IMG/VR virus record: IMGVR_UViG_2775507133_000001
Coordinates: 24,278-88,277 of that record
DNA length: 64,000 nucleotides
Direction: 5' to 3' (one strand)
From: a virus
Lineage: Duplodnaviria; Caudoviricetes
Numbering within the stretch: position 1 is the stretch's first letter; the number at the start of each line of letters is the position of its first letter. Positions 27,719-36,380 of this stretch are shown one piece after another. The notes under the pieces were generated by a model that was not told the DNA's origin, did not search any database, and was given only the letters and a program-made list of their open reading frames with translations. The translations under genes were made by a program, and so were the position numbers.

Positions 27719-28542
27719 GTGGCGGCGAACAGGTCGAGCTGGCGGGGCTGGCGCTGGTGCCATCCGTGGGTGGGCAGCGGCCCGCCGGCCGCCGCGTCGA
27801 GGACCAGGAGTACGGTGCGCACGCTCGTCCCCGAGGGCGCGAACGCGTCGTCGGGCAGCGGCGCCCAGGTGCCCTCCGCGAGGGAGACCAGCTCGCGGAA
27901 CTCGGTGGTCGCGCGGTCGCTGTGCCACATCACCGACTCGGGCAGGACCGCGACGAGCGTCCCGCCGTCGTCGAGGAACCCGAGCGCGTGCCGGACGTGC
28001 TGCACGGCCGCCGAGAACGGCGGGTTCATCAGCACCCTGTGGTAGCCGTGCGGGCAGTCGAGCGGGTCGAGGTCGAGGAAGTCGGCGTGCACCACGCGGC
28101 GCGCGGCGCCCTGTCCGTTGAGGACGCGGATGCGGCGCTCGTCGATCTCCACGCAGTCGACGACGCCGCCGCTCTCGGCCGCCGGCCCGGCGATCGAGCC
28201 GGTCCCCGCCGAGGGCTCCAGCACGCTCATGCCGTCGCGGACACCCGCGTGGGCGAGCATCTGGTCGACGACGCTCTCCGGGGTCGGGTACCAGCCCTGC
28301 TCGAAGCGGCTCGGGAACTCGCGGGTCGCCAGGCACGCGCGCATGAACGCCTCGACCGGGAACGGGAAGACGTGCGCGCGGACCTTCTTGCGGCCGTCCC
28401 ACCGGCCGCCGATCTCGGTGAGCACCTTGGCCACCTGCTCGTACAGGGGCCGGTCCAGCTCGAACGGGATCTGCACGCGGTCGCCGGCGATGACGGTGCG
28501 GGGGTCGGCGAGGACGTCGTGGACGCCGCTTGGGATCTCCAT
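27715..28542 (-). CDS. N6-adenine (amino) methyltransferase-like protein
   Basis: GWYPTP, VLEPSAGTG, DCVEID, HADFL, VLMNPPF, F..SGT.VRT. Confidence 0.85.
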   Translation of the reverse strand: MEIPSGVHDVLADPRTVIAGDRVQIPFELDRPLYEQVAKVLTEIGGRWDGRKKVRAHVFPFPVEAFMRACLATREFPSRFEQGWYPTPESVVDQMLAHAGVRDGMSVLEPSAGTGSIAGPAAESGGVVDCVEIDERRIRVLNGQGAARRVVHADFLDLDPLDCPHGYHRVLMNPPFSAAVQHVRHALGFLDDGGTLVAVLPESVMWHSDRATTEFRELVSLAEGTWAPLPDDAFAPSGTSVRTVLLVLDAAAGGPLPTHGWHQRQPRQLDLFAAT

Positions 28543-28686
28543 TGCGGTCCTTCCTGAGGGAGTTGGGGTGGGGCTGCCTGAACGGGGCTGAGACGGGCGT
28601 GTGGTGGCCCGCTGTGGGCCGCTGTGACCGCCTCGGAGCCCCGTTCAGGGGTTGGGGGGTTCTGGCCCCCCTGAACGGGGCTTAGG

Positions 28687-28986
28687 TCAGTAGAGGCGGC
28701 CGGTGATGTCGGCGACGGCGCGGGCGACGGTGTCGAGGTCGTCGGCCGGGGTGACCGGCAGCGGGAGGGCGTCGCCGAGCCGGTCGTTGCGGACGAACAG
28801 CTCGCCGGTGCCGTTCACGCCGATCGTGAACGGCGTGTTGTCCCACGCCCACAGGTGGCCGGTCGTGCCCCACGGGCCGGACGCGGCCCGCCACTGGTCT
28901 CCGACGTGGTCCAGGGCGGCCCGGGCGACGTCGGCCAGGGTGAACGCGGGGGCGGTCTGCTCGTGGTAGCTGACGGGCTTCTGCAT
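28687..28986 (-). CDS. Hypothetical protein
   Basis: AAGGAG RBS before MQKPVSY. Confidence 0.65.
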   Translation of the reverse strand: MQKPVSYHEQTAPAFTLADVARAALDHVGDQWRAASGPWGTTGHLWAWDNTPFTIGVNGTGELFVRNDRLGDALPLPVTPADDLDTVARAVADITGRLY

Positions 28987-29015
28987 GGCTGGTGCTCCTT
29001 GGCTGATGGAAGGGG

Positions 29016-29046
29016 GGCGCCCCGCCCGCTGCCTGGGCGGGGCGCC
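29016..29046 (-). repeat. Conserved-loop hairpin, copy 5 (different stem, same loop)
   Basis: ggcgccccgccc-gctgcct-gggcggggcgcc. Confidence 0.85.
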
Positions 29047-29060
29047 GGTGAACTCGGGGG

Positions 29061-30269
29061 TCAGGCCGCGGCCTCGGCCAGGGCCTCGGCGGGGACGTCG
29101 GCGGGGGCCTCGGCGTCCGGGTTGACGGTCAGTCCGGAGGCGCGGACCTCGGCGACCATCTCCGCCCGGCGCAGGTTCGCCATGGCCTTGGTCGCGATGT
29201 CCTGGAGGTGCTTGATCCGCAGCCGGTGGCCGCCGATGCCGCCGGGCGTCCCGGCGAGCAGCAGGGCCAGCTCCTCCGGGTCGGTCGCGGCGAGCAGGGA
29301 GAGGATCTCCCCGGCCTGGCCCAGCTTGTCGATCTTGCCGGTGAGCTTCGCGCGGTCGGCGCTGATCCGCTCGCGCTCCTCCTCGGGCAGGTCGAGGGAG
29401 CCCGGCAGGGCGCCCTGCCCGCTGTCCTTGCGGGCGGCCGCGGCCTCGTCGGACAGGACGAAGAACGAGCCTTGCTCCTCCTGGCGCTTCTCCTCCGCGT
29501 GGAGTTCCTGCGCGAAGATCTGCGCGTCCCGGGCCGACTTGAAGTCGCCCCGGACGTACCGGGCGAGGAACCGCACCTGGTTGGCGTTGGAGAGCTTGCC
29601 GACGTACCAGGCGGTGCCGACGGGCAGCTGGCCCTTGGAGAGGGCCTCGCGCGCCTCCGGGCAGAGGGCGAGCAGGTCGATGCGCCACTGGACGTACGGG
29701 GCGCTCTTGCCGACCAGCTCGGCGATCTCGTCGATCTCGTAGCCGTTCTCGGCGAGCTTGTGGAACGCCTTGGCCTCCTCGACCGGGGTCATGTCGGCGC
29801 GGCCGACGTTCTCGGCGACGGCCATGGCGAACGTGTGGCGGCTCTCCCCGACGCCGTGCATGACGACGGCCTTCATCGTGTCGAGGCCGGCCATCTGGGC
29901 GGCCCGCCAGCGGCGCTCGCCCATGATCAGCGTGTACCGCTTGGTGTCCTCGATGTACCGGACGGTGACCGGCTGGAGCTGGCCGAGCTTGGCCATGGAC
30001 GCGGCCAGCTCCTTGAGCGAGGTCTCGTCGAAGTGCTCGCGGGGCTGGCCCGGGTCGCGGTCGATCTTCGAGGTCGGGATGGTGCGGAGCTGGGTCCGCG
30101 TCCCGTCGCCGGCCGCCTTGGGCGCCGGGGTCTTCTTCGCGGGGGCCGCCTTGGGGGCCGGGGCCTTCCGGGCGGCCGCCTTCCGGGGCGCCGCCGGCTT
30201 GCGCGCGGGCGTCTTCTTCGCCTCGGGCGCGGTCTCGGTGGTGGTGGCCTCGGCGGTGGTGGCGGTCAT
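29061..30269 (-). CDS. ParB/Spo0J family protein with Lys/Ala/Pro-rich N-terminal tail
   Basis: QPREHFD..L.ELA.S...GQLQP, LIMGERRWRA, AENVGRADMTPVEEA, HTH. Confidence 0.9.
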   Translation of the reverse strand: MTATTAEATTTETAPEAKKTPARKPAAPRKAAARKAPAPKAAPAKKTPAPKAAGDGTRTQLRTIPTSKIDRDPGQPREHFDETSLKELAASMAKLGQLQPVTVRYIEDTKRYTLIMGERRWRAAQMAGLDTMKAVVMHGVGESRHTFAMAVAENVGRADMTPVEEAKAFHKLAENGYEIDEIAELVGKSAPYVQWRIDLLALCPEAREALSKGQLPVGTAWYVGKLSNANQVRFLARYVRGDFKSARDAQIFAQELHAEEKRQEEQGSFFVLSDEAAAARKDSGQGALPGSLDLPEEERERISADRAKLTGKIDKLGQAGEILSLLAATDPEELALLLAGTPGGIGGHRLRIKHLQDIATKAMANLRRAEMVAEVRASGLTVNPDAEAPADVPAEALAEAAA

Positions 30270-30299
30270 GGCGTGTCCCTTCGCTGGCTGGTTGGGGTG

Positions 30300-30395
30300 G
30301 TTTTGAACTACTTTCATCCTGCCCGAATTGGCTTTGCCTAGCCAGTTTTAACAAGCTGATTCGGTAAAGGAACTTCTAAGAAAACCGCAGGTCAG
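30300..30395 (-). promoter_or_regulatory. Promoter/operator repeat, copy 4
   Basis: gttttgaactactttcatcctgcccgaattggctttgcctagccagttttaacaagctgattcggtaaaggaacttctaagaaaaccgcaggtcag. Confidence 0.9.
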
Positions 30396-30637
30396 AGGCG
30401 GTCCCCCTGCCCCGCGACGGCCGCCCAGTGGCCGATCTCGTCGGTCAGCCGCGCGTGGTCCGCGTCGAGCTGCGCCAGAGCCTCCGCAAGGACCTCGGGC
30501 GCGACGGCCACACTCGTGCCGCCGACCTGCACAGCCGCGCACACGATCGCTTCCTGCTGCCGCTCGACCAGCCGCCGGTCGGCCTCCAGCCGCCCGCTCC
30601 GCTCCCGCGCGCGGGCCCGCATCGTGGTGTCCTGCAT
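30392..30637 (-). CDS. Hypothetical coiled-coil protein
   Basis: ORF track; GAGGAG RBS; stop codon lies in the repeat. Confidence 0.6.
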   Translation of the reverse strand: MQDTTMRARARERSGRLEADRRLVERQQEAIVCAAVQVGGTSVAVAPEVLAEALAQLDADHARLTDEIGHWAAVAGQGDRL

Positions 30638-30706
30638 CGCCGTCTCCTCGCTCTCCGTGGGGTCCGACCAGGCCGCCGGGGCGCTCGAGGGCGCCCGGGC
30701 GCCGGG

Positions 30707-30901
30707 TCAGGCGGCCGGGGCTCCGACCGGCCCTGCCTCGACGTCGAAGCCGAGCGCGGTGAACCAGGCGGTCAGGGCGTCGACGACGTCGCCGCCGTTC
30801 CAGTCCTCGCCGCTGGCGATGGTCGTCTTGATCCCGTCGAACAGGTCGACGATGGCCTGCCCGGCGTCGGTGGTGATGTCGAAGTTCAGCGCATGCGCCA
30901 T
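30707..30901 (-). CDS. Small acidic hypothetical protein
   Basis: ORF track; AAGGAA RBS. Confidence 0.6.
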   Translation of the reverse strand: MAHALNFDITTDAGQAIVDLFDGIKTTIASGEDWNGGDVVDALTAWFTALGFDVEAGPVGAPAA

Positions 30902-30971
30902 GGTGGGTTCCTTCCTTCGTGCGGGGTCCGGCCCGGGCGGGCGCCGGGCCGGTGGGGGCGGCCCGGGCGGG

Positions 30972-31652
30972 TCAGGCGGCGAGGACCGCGTCGCCGGCCG
31001 GGGTGAGGCTGACCGGCTGGCCCTCGTAGAGCGAGCGGGAGTTGTCGCGCACGGCCAGGCCCTCGTCGATGGCCCACTCGACCATGTCCTTGCGGGGCTT
31101 CTCGCCGCGCTCGGTGGACACGCGGGTCTGGCCGACGCGCAGCTCCTGGAGCTTCACGCCGTTGTCGCGGATGGCCTCCAGGGTGCGCCGCTGAGCGGGG
31201 GTCACCTTCCGGGCGGGCGCGGGCGCCGGGTCGGGCTCGGGCTCGGGCTCGCCGGCCGGGGCGGGCTGCGCGGCTGCCGCCCGCGCGGCTTCCACGAGGC
31301 CCTGGGTGTCGGTCAGGAAGTGCTGGGCGGCCTCCAGGTGGAAGCGCTCGTTCTCGTTGTGGATCTGGCACGTGCTGGAGGACATGCCGCGGGTGAGCAG
31401 CCGGTGCGTGAGGCGCTTGCGCATGTCGTCCAGGGCCTCGACCAGGCCGGCCTTCTCGGCGATCTCCAGGACGCCCAGGTACGGGCTGGCGTTCGCCGCC
31501 TTCTGCATCGCGTCGCGGACCAGGCTGCTGTCCACGGCCCGGGTGGGGTCGGTCAGCGCTTCGGCCAGCCGGGCGCGGGCGGCCACGTCCATGCGGAGCC
31601 GGTGGTCGGCGAGGCCGTCGAAGATGTCTGCGAGGTCAAAGGTGGCGGTCAT
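30972..31652 (-). CDS. Hypothetical protein (C-terminal wHTH-like region)
   Basis: GGGAG RBS before MTATFDLAD. Confidence 0.65.
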   Translation of the reverse strand: MTATFDLADIFDGLADHRLRMDVAARARLAEALTDPTRAVDSSLVRDAMQKAANASPYLGVLEIAEKAGLVEALDDMRKRLTHRLLTRGMSSSTCQIHNENERFHLEAAQHFLTDTQGLVEAARAAAAQPAPAGEPEPEPDPAPAPARKVTPAQRRTLEAIRDNGVKLQELRVGQTRVSTERGEKPRKDMVEWAIDEGLAVRDNSRSLYEGQPVSLTPAGDAVLAA

Positions 31653-31682
31653 GTCGCTCTCCCATGCTGGCCGGGTTGGTGT

Positions 31683-31778
31683 GTTTTGAACTACTTTCAT
31701 CCTGCCCGAATCGGTTTGCTATATCCAGTTTTAACAAGCCGATTCGGTAAAGGATCTTCTAAGAAAACCGCAGGTCAG
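31683..31778 (-). promoter_or_regulatory. Promoter/operator repeat, copy 5
   Basis: Close to copy 4; ccgaatcggtttg...caagccgattcgg inverted repeat. Confidence 0.9.
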
Positions 31779-32551
31779 GCCGCGATGGCGCCCTGCTCGG
31801 GGGCCTCGGCCGGGCGGCGCTGGCCGTCCCGGCGGGCCTGCTGGGCGGCGAACAGGGCGGCCTCGCGCGGGGCGTGGCAGGAGGGGCACAGCTCCTCGAA
31901 GCGCGGCTGGCCCGGCTGCCGCCGCCGGCCGTGGTCGAGGAGGCGGGTCCGCTCGTGCCGGGGGGCGTGGCACTCGGTGTCGGTGCAGGCGGCCGTGCGG
32001 GGCTCCTGGTAGCCGATGCCCCGGTGGTAGTGCGCCCGCCAGGCCTCGAAGCTCTCAGGGGCGAAGTACCCGTCGGTGTCGGCCAGGCCGTCGGAGACGT
32101 AGCGCCCGTACAGGGCGCGCTCGGCGTCCTCGTCGCACACGTGCGCGGCCGGGCGGAACGCTTCCTTCGTGTAGTGGTCGACGTCGGGGCTGGCGGGCAG
32201 GTCGCCGGGGGCGGGCCGGTCCGGGTGGCGGAGGTCGTGCGCGCCGGTCATGGCCAGGTAGTAGTCGTACTCGCTCACCCGCTCGGCCGCACCCAGGCAG
32301 TCGTCGCAGATCTGCTCGTCCTCGCCGGCCATCAGGGCGGGCTTGATGCCGCACTCGGTGCAGGGCGCGTACTTGTTGTCGAACGGGGAGTGGTACGCGC
32401 ACATGTGCTTGCCCTTGTACGTGTGGATGGCGTAGGCGGCCTCGCCGTCGGCGCTGGCGCAGCCGCGCTGCCAGGTGTCGCCCTTGCAGAGGATGTCGTC
32501 GGCGGGGAAGCGCAGGCCGGCCGTGATGTAGGGGAGGAGGTTGGCGCTCAC
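31775..32551 (-). CDS. Cys-rich hypothetical protein
   Basis: ORF track; several CxxC motifs. Confidence 0.65.
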   Translation of the reverse strand: MSANLLPYITAGLRFPADDILCKGDTWQRGCASADGEAAYAIHTYKGKHMCAYHSPFDNKYAPCTECGIKPALMAGEDEQICDDCLGAAERVSEYDYYLAMTGAHDLRHPDRPAPGDLPASPDVDHYTKEAFRPAAHVCDEDAERALYGRYVSDGLADTDGYFAPESFEAWRAHYHRGIGYQEPRTAACTDTECHAPRHERTRLLDHGRRRQPGQPRFEELCPSCHAPREAALFAAQQARRDGQRRPAEAPEQGAIAA

Positions 32552-32581
32552 GCGTGGGTCCCTTCTGTGCGGGGTGGGGTG

Positions 32582-32676
32582 GTTTGATCTACTTCCATCC
32601 TTCCCGAATCGGCTCGTGCTAGCCAGTTTTAACGAGCCGATTCGGTAAAGGAACTTCTAAGAAAACCGCAGGTCAG
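32582..32676 (-). promoter_or_regulatory. Promoter/operator repeat, copy 6
   Basis: Perfect 14-bp inverted repeat ccgaatcggctcgt / acgagccgattcgg (32604-32645). Confidence 0.9.
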
Positions 32677-33734
32677 GCGGCCTTCACCCCCGGGTTGACG
32701 AGCTGCTCGACCTGGGCGATCGCGGAGGCCATCGCCATTGTCGAGGCTGCCCGGTCGCGGTGTTCGACCATGATCCGCCGGTGCTCGACGGCCCGCTGCC
32801 ACATGCTGCCCTCGGCGAGCGTGTCGCCGCAGGCGACGAGCGCCTTCGGGCCCAGGCCCCAGACGATGACGTTGACCGCGCACCCGGCCGCGGCGAGCGG
32901 GTCGATCTCCTGGGCGAACCACGTGAACGCTGCGGGGTCGAAGCCCATGCCGCGCAGGTGCTGGGCGGCCGACCGGAACATGCCGCCGGTGCCCGCGCAC
33001 GGGTCGGCGAGCGAGTAGCCCTCGTGGATCACGCCGGGGTCGTTGCCGATGATCTGGGCGGCCATCATGTCGCACACCTCCGGGGGCGTGTGGTACTCCC
33101 CCAGGCCCTGCCGGGCGGTGTTGTGGCGCAGCGCGGTCACCGTCCACGACATGAGGTCGATGTAGCTGTTCGCCTCGGGATCCTCGTGACCGGTGTGGTC
33201 GAGGGCGTGCGCGTCGAGGGCCGCGTGGAACGTGGCGCGGATCGCGGCCAGCTCGTGCTTGGTGTGGTCATCGCGGTCCGCCCACTCGAACAGTACCCGC
33301 GCGGTGTCGATCAGGTCGGGGCGGCGCATCCACCAGTACGCGGAGACCTCGCGGACGCACGCGAGGATCTGCTGGGCGTCCAGGCCCCGGAAGAAGTCGG
33401 CGAGGGTGCGGGGGGCGCCCTTGAGCGGCCACAGGGCGAGAGTCGCGACGACGCCGAGGGGGATCTCCATGCGGTTGCCGCCGTGCGCGTGGTGCCAGGC
33501 GGTGGCCACGGCTTCGCCGAACTCCGCGCCGCCGGTGGGGCGGGAGACGAACTCGGGCCGCCGCCGTCCGCCGGCCGCGACCGGGGCCGGGGCGGGCGCC
33601 GGGGCGGGGGCGGGCGCCGGGGGCTTGGCCGGGCTGGCGTACTGGCCCGCGGTCGGCTTGGGCAGGGTGATCGTCGTCTCGGGCTTCGGGGCTTCGGGCT
33701 CGCCGAGGTCGGCGAACAGGTCGAGCTGCTGCAT
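32673..33734 (-). CDS. N-6 DNA methylase (HsdM-like) protein lacking the NPPF motif
   Basis: GEYHTPPEV, ADPCAGTGGM, AQEID, AVN, GDTL; no NPPF/Y before the stop. Confidence 0.8.
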   Translation of the reverse strand: MQQLDLFADLGEPEAPKPETTITLPKPTAGQYASPAKPPAPAPAPAPAPAPVAAGGRRRPEFVSRPTGGAEFGEAVATAWHHAHGGNRMEIPLGVVATLALWPLKGAPRTLADFFRGLDAQQILACVREVSAYWWMRRPDLIDTARVLFEWADRDDHTKHELAAIRATFHAALDAHALDHTGHEDPEANSYIDLMSWTVTALRHNTARQGLGEYHTPPEVCDMMAAQIIGNDPGVIHEGYSLADPCAGTGGMFRSAAQHLRGMGFDPAAFTWFAQEIDPLAAAGCAVNVIVWGLGPKALVACGDTLAEGSMWQRAVEHRRIMVEHRDRAASTMAMASAIAQVEQLVNPGVKAA

Positions 33735-33801
33735 CGGTCCTCCGTTCAGGCATGGGTCCGGCCCGGCACCCTCTCGGGTGCCGGGCCGGTGGGGGCGGGG
33801 G

Positions 33802-34074
33802 TCAGAACTGTTCGAGGACGGTGAGGGCGACGCCCATGTGCCGGGCGAAGTCCCAGGGGGCGATCTGCTCGATGTCGGCATCCTCGATGGCCTCGGCGAT
33901 GACCTTGGCGATGGGCTCGGCTTCCCGGGGGAGCTTCTTGGAGACCAGGTCGCCGGCCAGGCCGACGTAGCGGACCGCGATGCCGGGGTGGAGCTCGCTG
34001 ACGTAGAGGCCTTCGTACTGTTCGGCGAGGAGGTCCGCGAGGCGGTCGTTGTCGGCGGTGAAGATGGCGTCCAT
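33802..34074 (-). CDS. Small acidic hypothetical protein
   Basis: ORF track; GGGAG RBS; first gene after copy 7. Confidence 0.7.
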   Translation of the reverse strand: MDAIFTADNDRLADLLAEQYEGLYVSELHPGIAVRYVGLAGDLVSKKLPREAEPIAKVIAEAIEDADIEQIAPWDFARHMGVALTVLEQF

Positions 34075-34102
34075 GCCGGGCTCCCATTCTGTTCAGGTTG
34101 GG

Positions 34103-34198
34103 ATTTTGAACTACTTTCATTCTGTCCGAATTGGCTTTGCCTATCCAGTTTTAACAAACTGGATAGGCAAAGAAACTCCCAGGAAAACCGCAGGTCAG
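34103..34198 (-). promoter_or_regulatory. Promoter/operator repeat, copy 7
   Basis: Perfect 17-bp inverted repeat ctttgcctatccagttt-taac-aaactggataggcaaag (34135-34172). Confidence 0.9.
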
Positions 34199-35325
34199 GC
34201 GCCGCACAGGGCGAGCAGGTCGAGCTGCTCCGGGCCGCTGATGTCCGCCTCCAGCGCCGCCGGCCGCTCCTCGGCCGTCCACTGCATGTCGGGCAGCTTC
34301 GGCTTGGGCTGCGGGCTCACCGCTTCCTCGCGCAGCTCGTCGACCACCTGCTCGGGGATCCCGTACACCCTGACCTCCATGTCGGTGGGCACCCACCCGG
34401 CGGGCACCCGGGACAGCGCCGGGTTGCTCACCTCGTTGACCTTTTGCCACGCGCGGAGCATCCGCGCCTGACGCTCCTCCCAGGCGTACAGCTCCTCCTG
34501 CGCCTCCATGAGCGCGATGCGCTGCGCCTCCCGCCGCACCTCCTCCTGGTTCCACTGGGCCATCCGCCGGTGGGCCTCCGCGCCCCGGAACAGCGGGGGC
34601 AGCTCGGCCAGCTCCTCGCTGCGCGTCTTGTCGGCCGGGACCGGCTGCCACTTCCGCCACAGGCGCGCGGCGGTCCGCCCGTCGGCGGTGACCAGGATGC
34701 GCCGACGGCCGACCGCGTCGGGCTCGCCGATGACGAGGAACCCCGCCTCCACGAGCGGGCGCAGCCGGTGGTCGGAGACGACGCGGCCCGGGGCGCCCGG
34801 CATGTCCTGCCGCCGCAGGGTGCCGTCGACCGGGTGCCGGTAGAGCAGGCTGTCGGCCGCCGCGAGGACCAGGTCCGCCTGGCCTTCGGACCAGCCGAGG
34901 CGTCCGGCCTGGGTGCGCTCGAAGCGCCGCTGGACCCGCTCGTCGACCTCGGGCAGCGGGGTGGGCGGCGTACCGGCCGGGGCCGGTTCCGGCTTCGCCG
35001 GCTCCTCGAGGGCCGCCGCCGCGGCGGGCGGCACCTCGCGGACCCTGCCGCCGTAGTTCGCGACGGTCGTCATCGGCCGCTCCTTCTTGTCGTAGCGGAC
35101 CGAGACCCGGTACGGGTAGCCCGCCTCGTCCGAGAGGTGCTCGATCTCGTCGGCGTGCTCGGCGATCACCTCGTCCGCGTGGGCGGTGAGGACGACGACG
35201 AACGTGCCGATGCGCTCGCCGTTCTGGTAGTCGCCGGTGACGCGAAAGTCGCGGCCGCGGCCCTGGGTGAGGCCGAGGCCCCGCAGGATGCGGGCGATCG
35301 CGGTGACGTGAGGCATGGCGGCCAT
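34195..35325 (-). CDS. Hypothetical protein
   Basis: ORF track; GGAAGG RBS; C-terminal EQLDLL. Confidence 0.7.
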   Translation of the reverse strand: MAAMPHVTAIARILRGLGLTQGRGRDFRVTGDYQNGERIGTFVVVLTAHADEVIAEHADEIEHLSDEAGYPYRVSVRYDKKERPMTTVANYGGRVREVPPAAAAALEEPAKPEPAPAGTPPTPLPEVDERVQRRFERTQAGRLGWSEGQADLVLAAADSLLYRHPVDGTLRRQDMPGAPGRVVSDHRLRPLVEAGFLVIGEPDAVGRRRILVTADGRTAARLWRKWQPVPADKTRSEELAELPPLFRGAEAHRRMAQWNQEEVRREAQRIALMEAQEELYAWEERQARMLRAWQKVNEVSNPALSRVPAGWVPTDMEVRVYGIPEQVVDELREEAVSPQPKPKLPDMQWTAEERPAALEADISGPEQLDLLALCGA

Positions 35326-35353
35326 GAGACGTCCTTCCGGGCTGGTTGGTGTG

Positions 35354-35431
35354 GTTTGAACTACTTACATCCTTCCCTATATGGCTTTGCCTAGCTAGTT
35401 TTACCAAACCAATTAGGCAAAAAATCTTCTA
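35354..35431 (-). promoter_or_regulatory. Promoter/operator repeat, copy 8
   Basis: gtttgaactacttacatccttccctatatggctttgcctagctagttttaccaaaccaattaggcaaa. Confidence 0.85.
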
Positions 35432-36322
35432 TGATGCCGGGCCCGCGAGGTGGGCGCGCAGGGCGCCGCCGGCCGCGAGGACGCGCTCGGTGGTCCAGCC
35501 GGACCCGGTGAGCGTCAACCGGCCCCACTCCCGCAGCTCCCGGTCGCGGGCGACGATCCGCACGCTGTACGGCGAGACGGCCGCCGCGAACCGGTAGGCG
35601 CCGACAGGCTCGGGGGCCAGCTGGATGTCCTGCCACCAGCGGACGGGCACGCGTTCCTCGTCCGCCCCGTCCGGGCCCGGGCAGGCGTGGCTGATCGCGT
35701 TCAGCAGCTCCTCGTCGTGCGTGCACGCGCCGCCGCCGCAGTGGAGCATCGCAACCCCGGTGGAGGCCACGGCGAACGAGTGCCGGGTGAACGACGCCCG
35801 CGCCTTGGAGCGGATGCTGACGCCGACGGCGGGGACGCGGGTGGTGCGCTCCAGCCAGAACCCGTCGCCGTGCTCGTCGACGTACGCGCGGCCGACCTCC
35901 CAGCCGTGCACGCGCACGACGTCCTCCCACGACCAGGGCCGCCGGTCGCGGTAGTCGCGGTCGTCGGGGCCGAGGGTGGGCCACAGCCGCCACCCGGCCG
36001 GGCCCGCGAACATGGCGTCCGGCGGGTACACCGGTTCGACGCGCACCAGGACGCGGGGCGCGTTGAACGGAACAACTGTGCACTGGTCGTGCAGCGCGGC
36101 CAGCAGCGGGCAGGCGTCGCACTTCCCGCCGTTCACGCACGGGCCGAAGCCGCCCCAGCGGGCGCGGCGCGTGTCCTGGGACTCCAGCAGGGCGGCCCAC
36201 CGCTGGGGGCGCAGCGCGCACTGGGCGGCCTGCCCGAAGTGCGCGTTGAGCGACAGGCGGTTCCAGCCCTTGCCGTCGGGGCCGCCGGGCGCGGCTTCGG
36301 GGGCGGTCAGGTGGATCGGCAT
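35429..36322 (-). CDS. Hypothetical protein
   Basis: ORF track; AGAAGGAA RBS. Confidence 0.7.
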   Translation of the reverse strand: MPIHLTAPEAAPGGPDGKGWNRLSLNAHFGQAAQCALRPQRWAALLESQDTRRARWGGFGPCVNGGKCDACPLLAALHDQCTVVPFNAPRVLVRVEPVYPPDAMFAGPAGWRLWPTLGPDDRDYRDRRPWSWEDVVRVHGWEVGRAYVDEHGDGFWLERTTRVPAVGVSIRSKARASFTRHSFAVASTGVAMLHCGGGACTHDEELLNAISHACPGPDGADEERVPVRWWQDIQLAPEPVGAYRFAAAVSPYSVRIVARDRELREWGRLTLTGSGWTTERVLAAGGALRAHLAGPAS

Positions 36323-36380
36323 CGGGTTCCTTCTCTCTGGGGTGCGGGCCCCGGCCCGGGTTGGGCCGGGGCGAGGGTGG

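Noticed and set aside
30270-30317. MKVVQN N-terminal extensions in the ORF track (also at 31700, 20907, 34120)
   Set aside because: The ATG overlaps the predicted -10 box of the repeat and is not consistently in frame with the downstream gene; better RBS-linked starts lie downstream.
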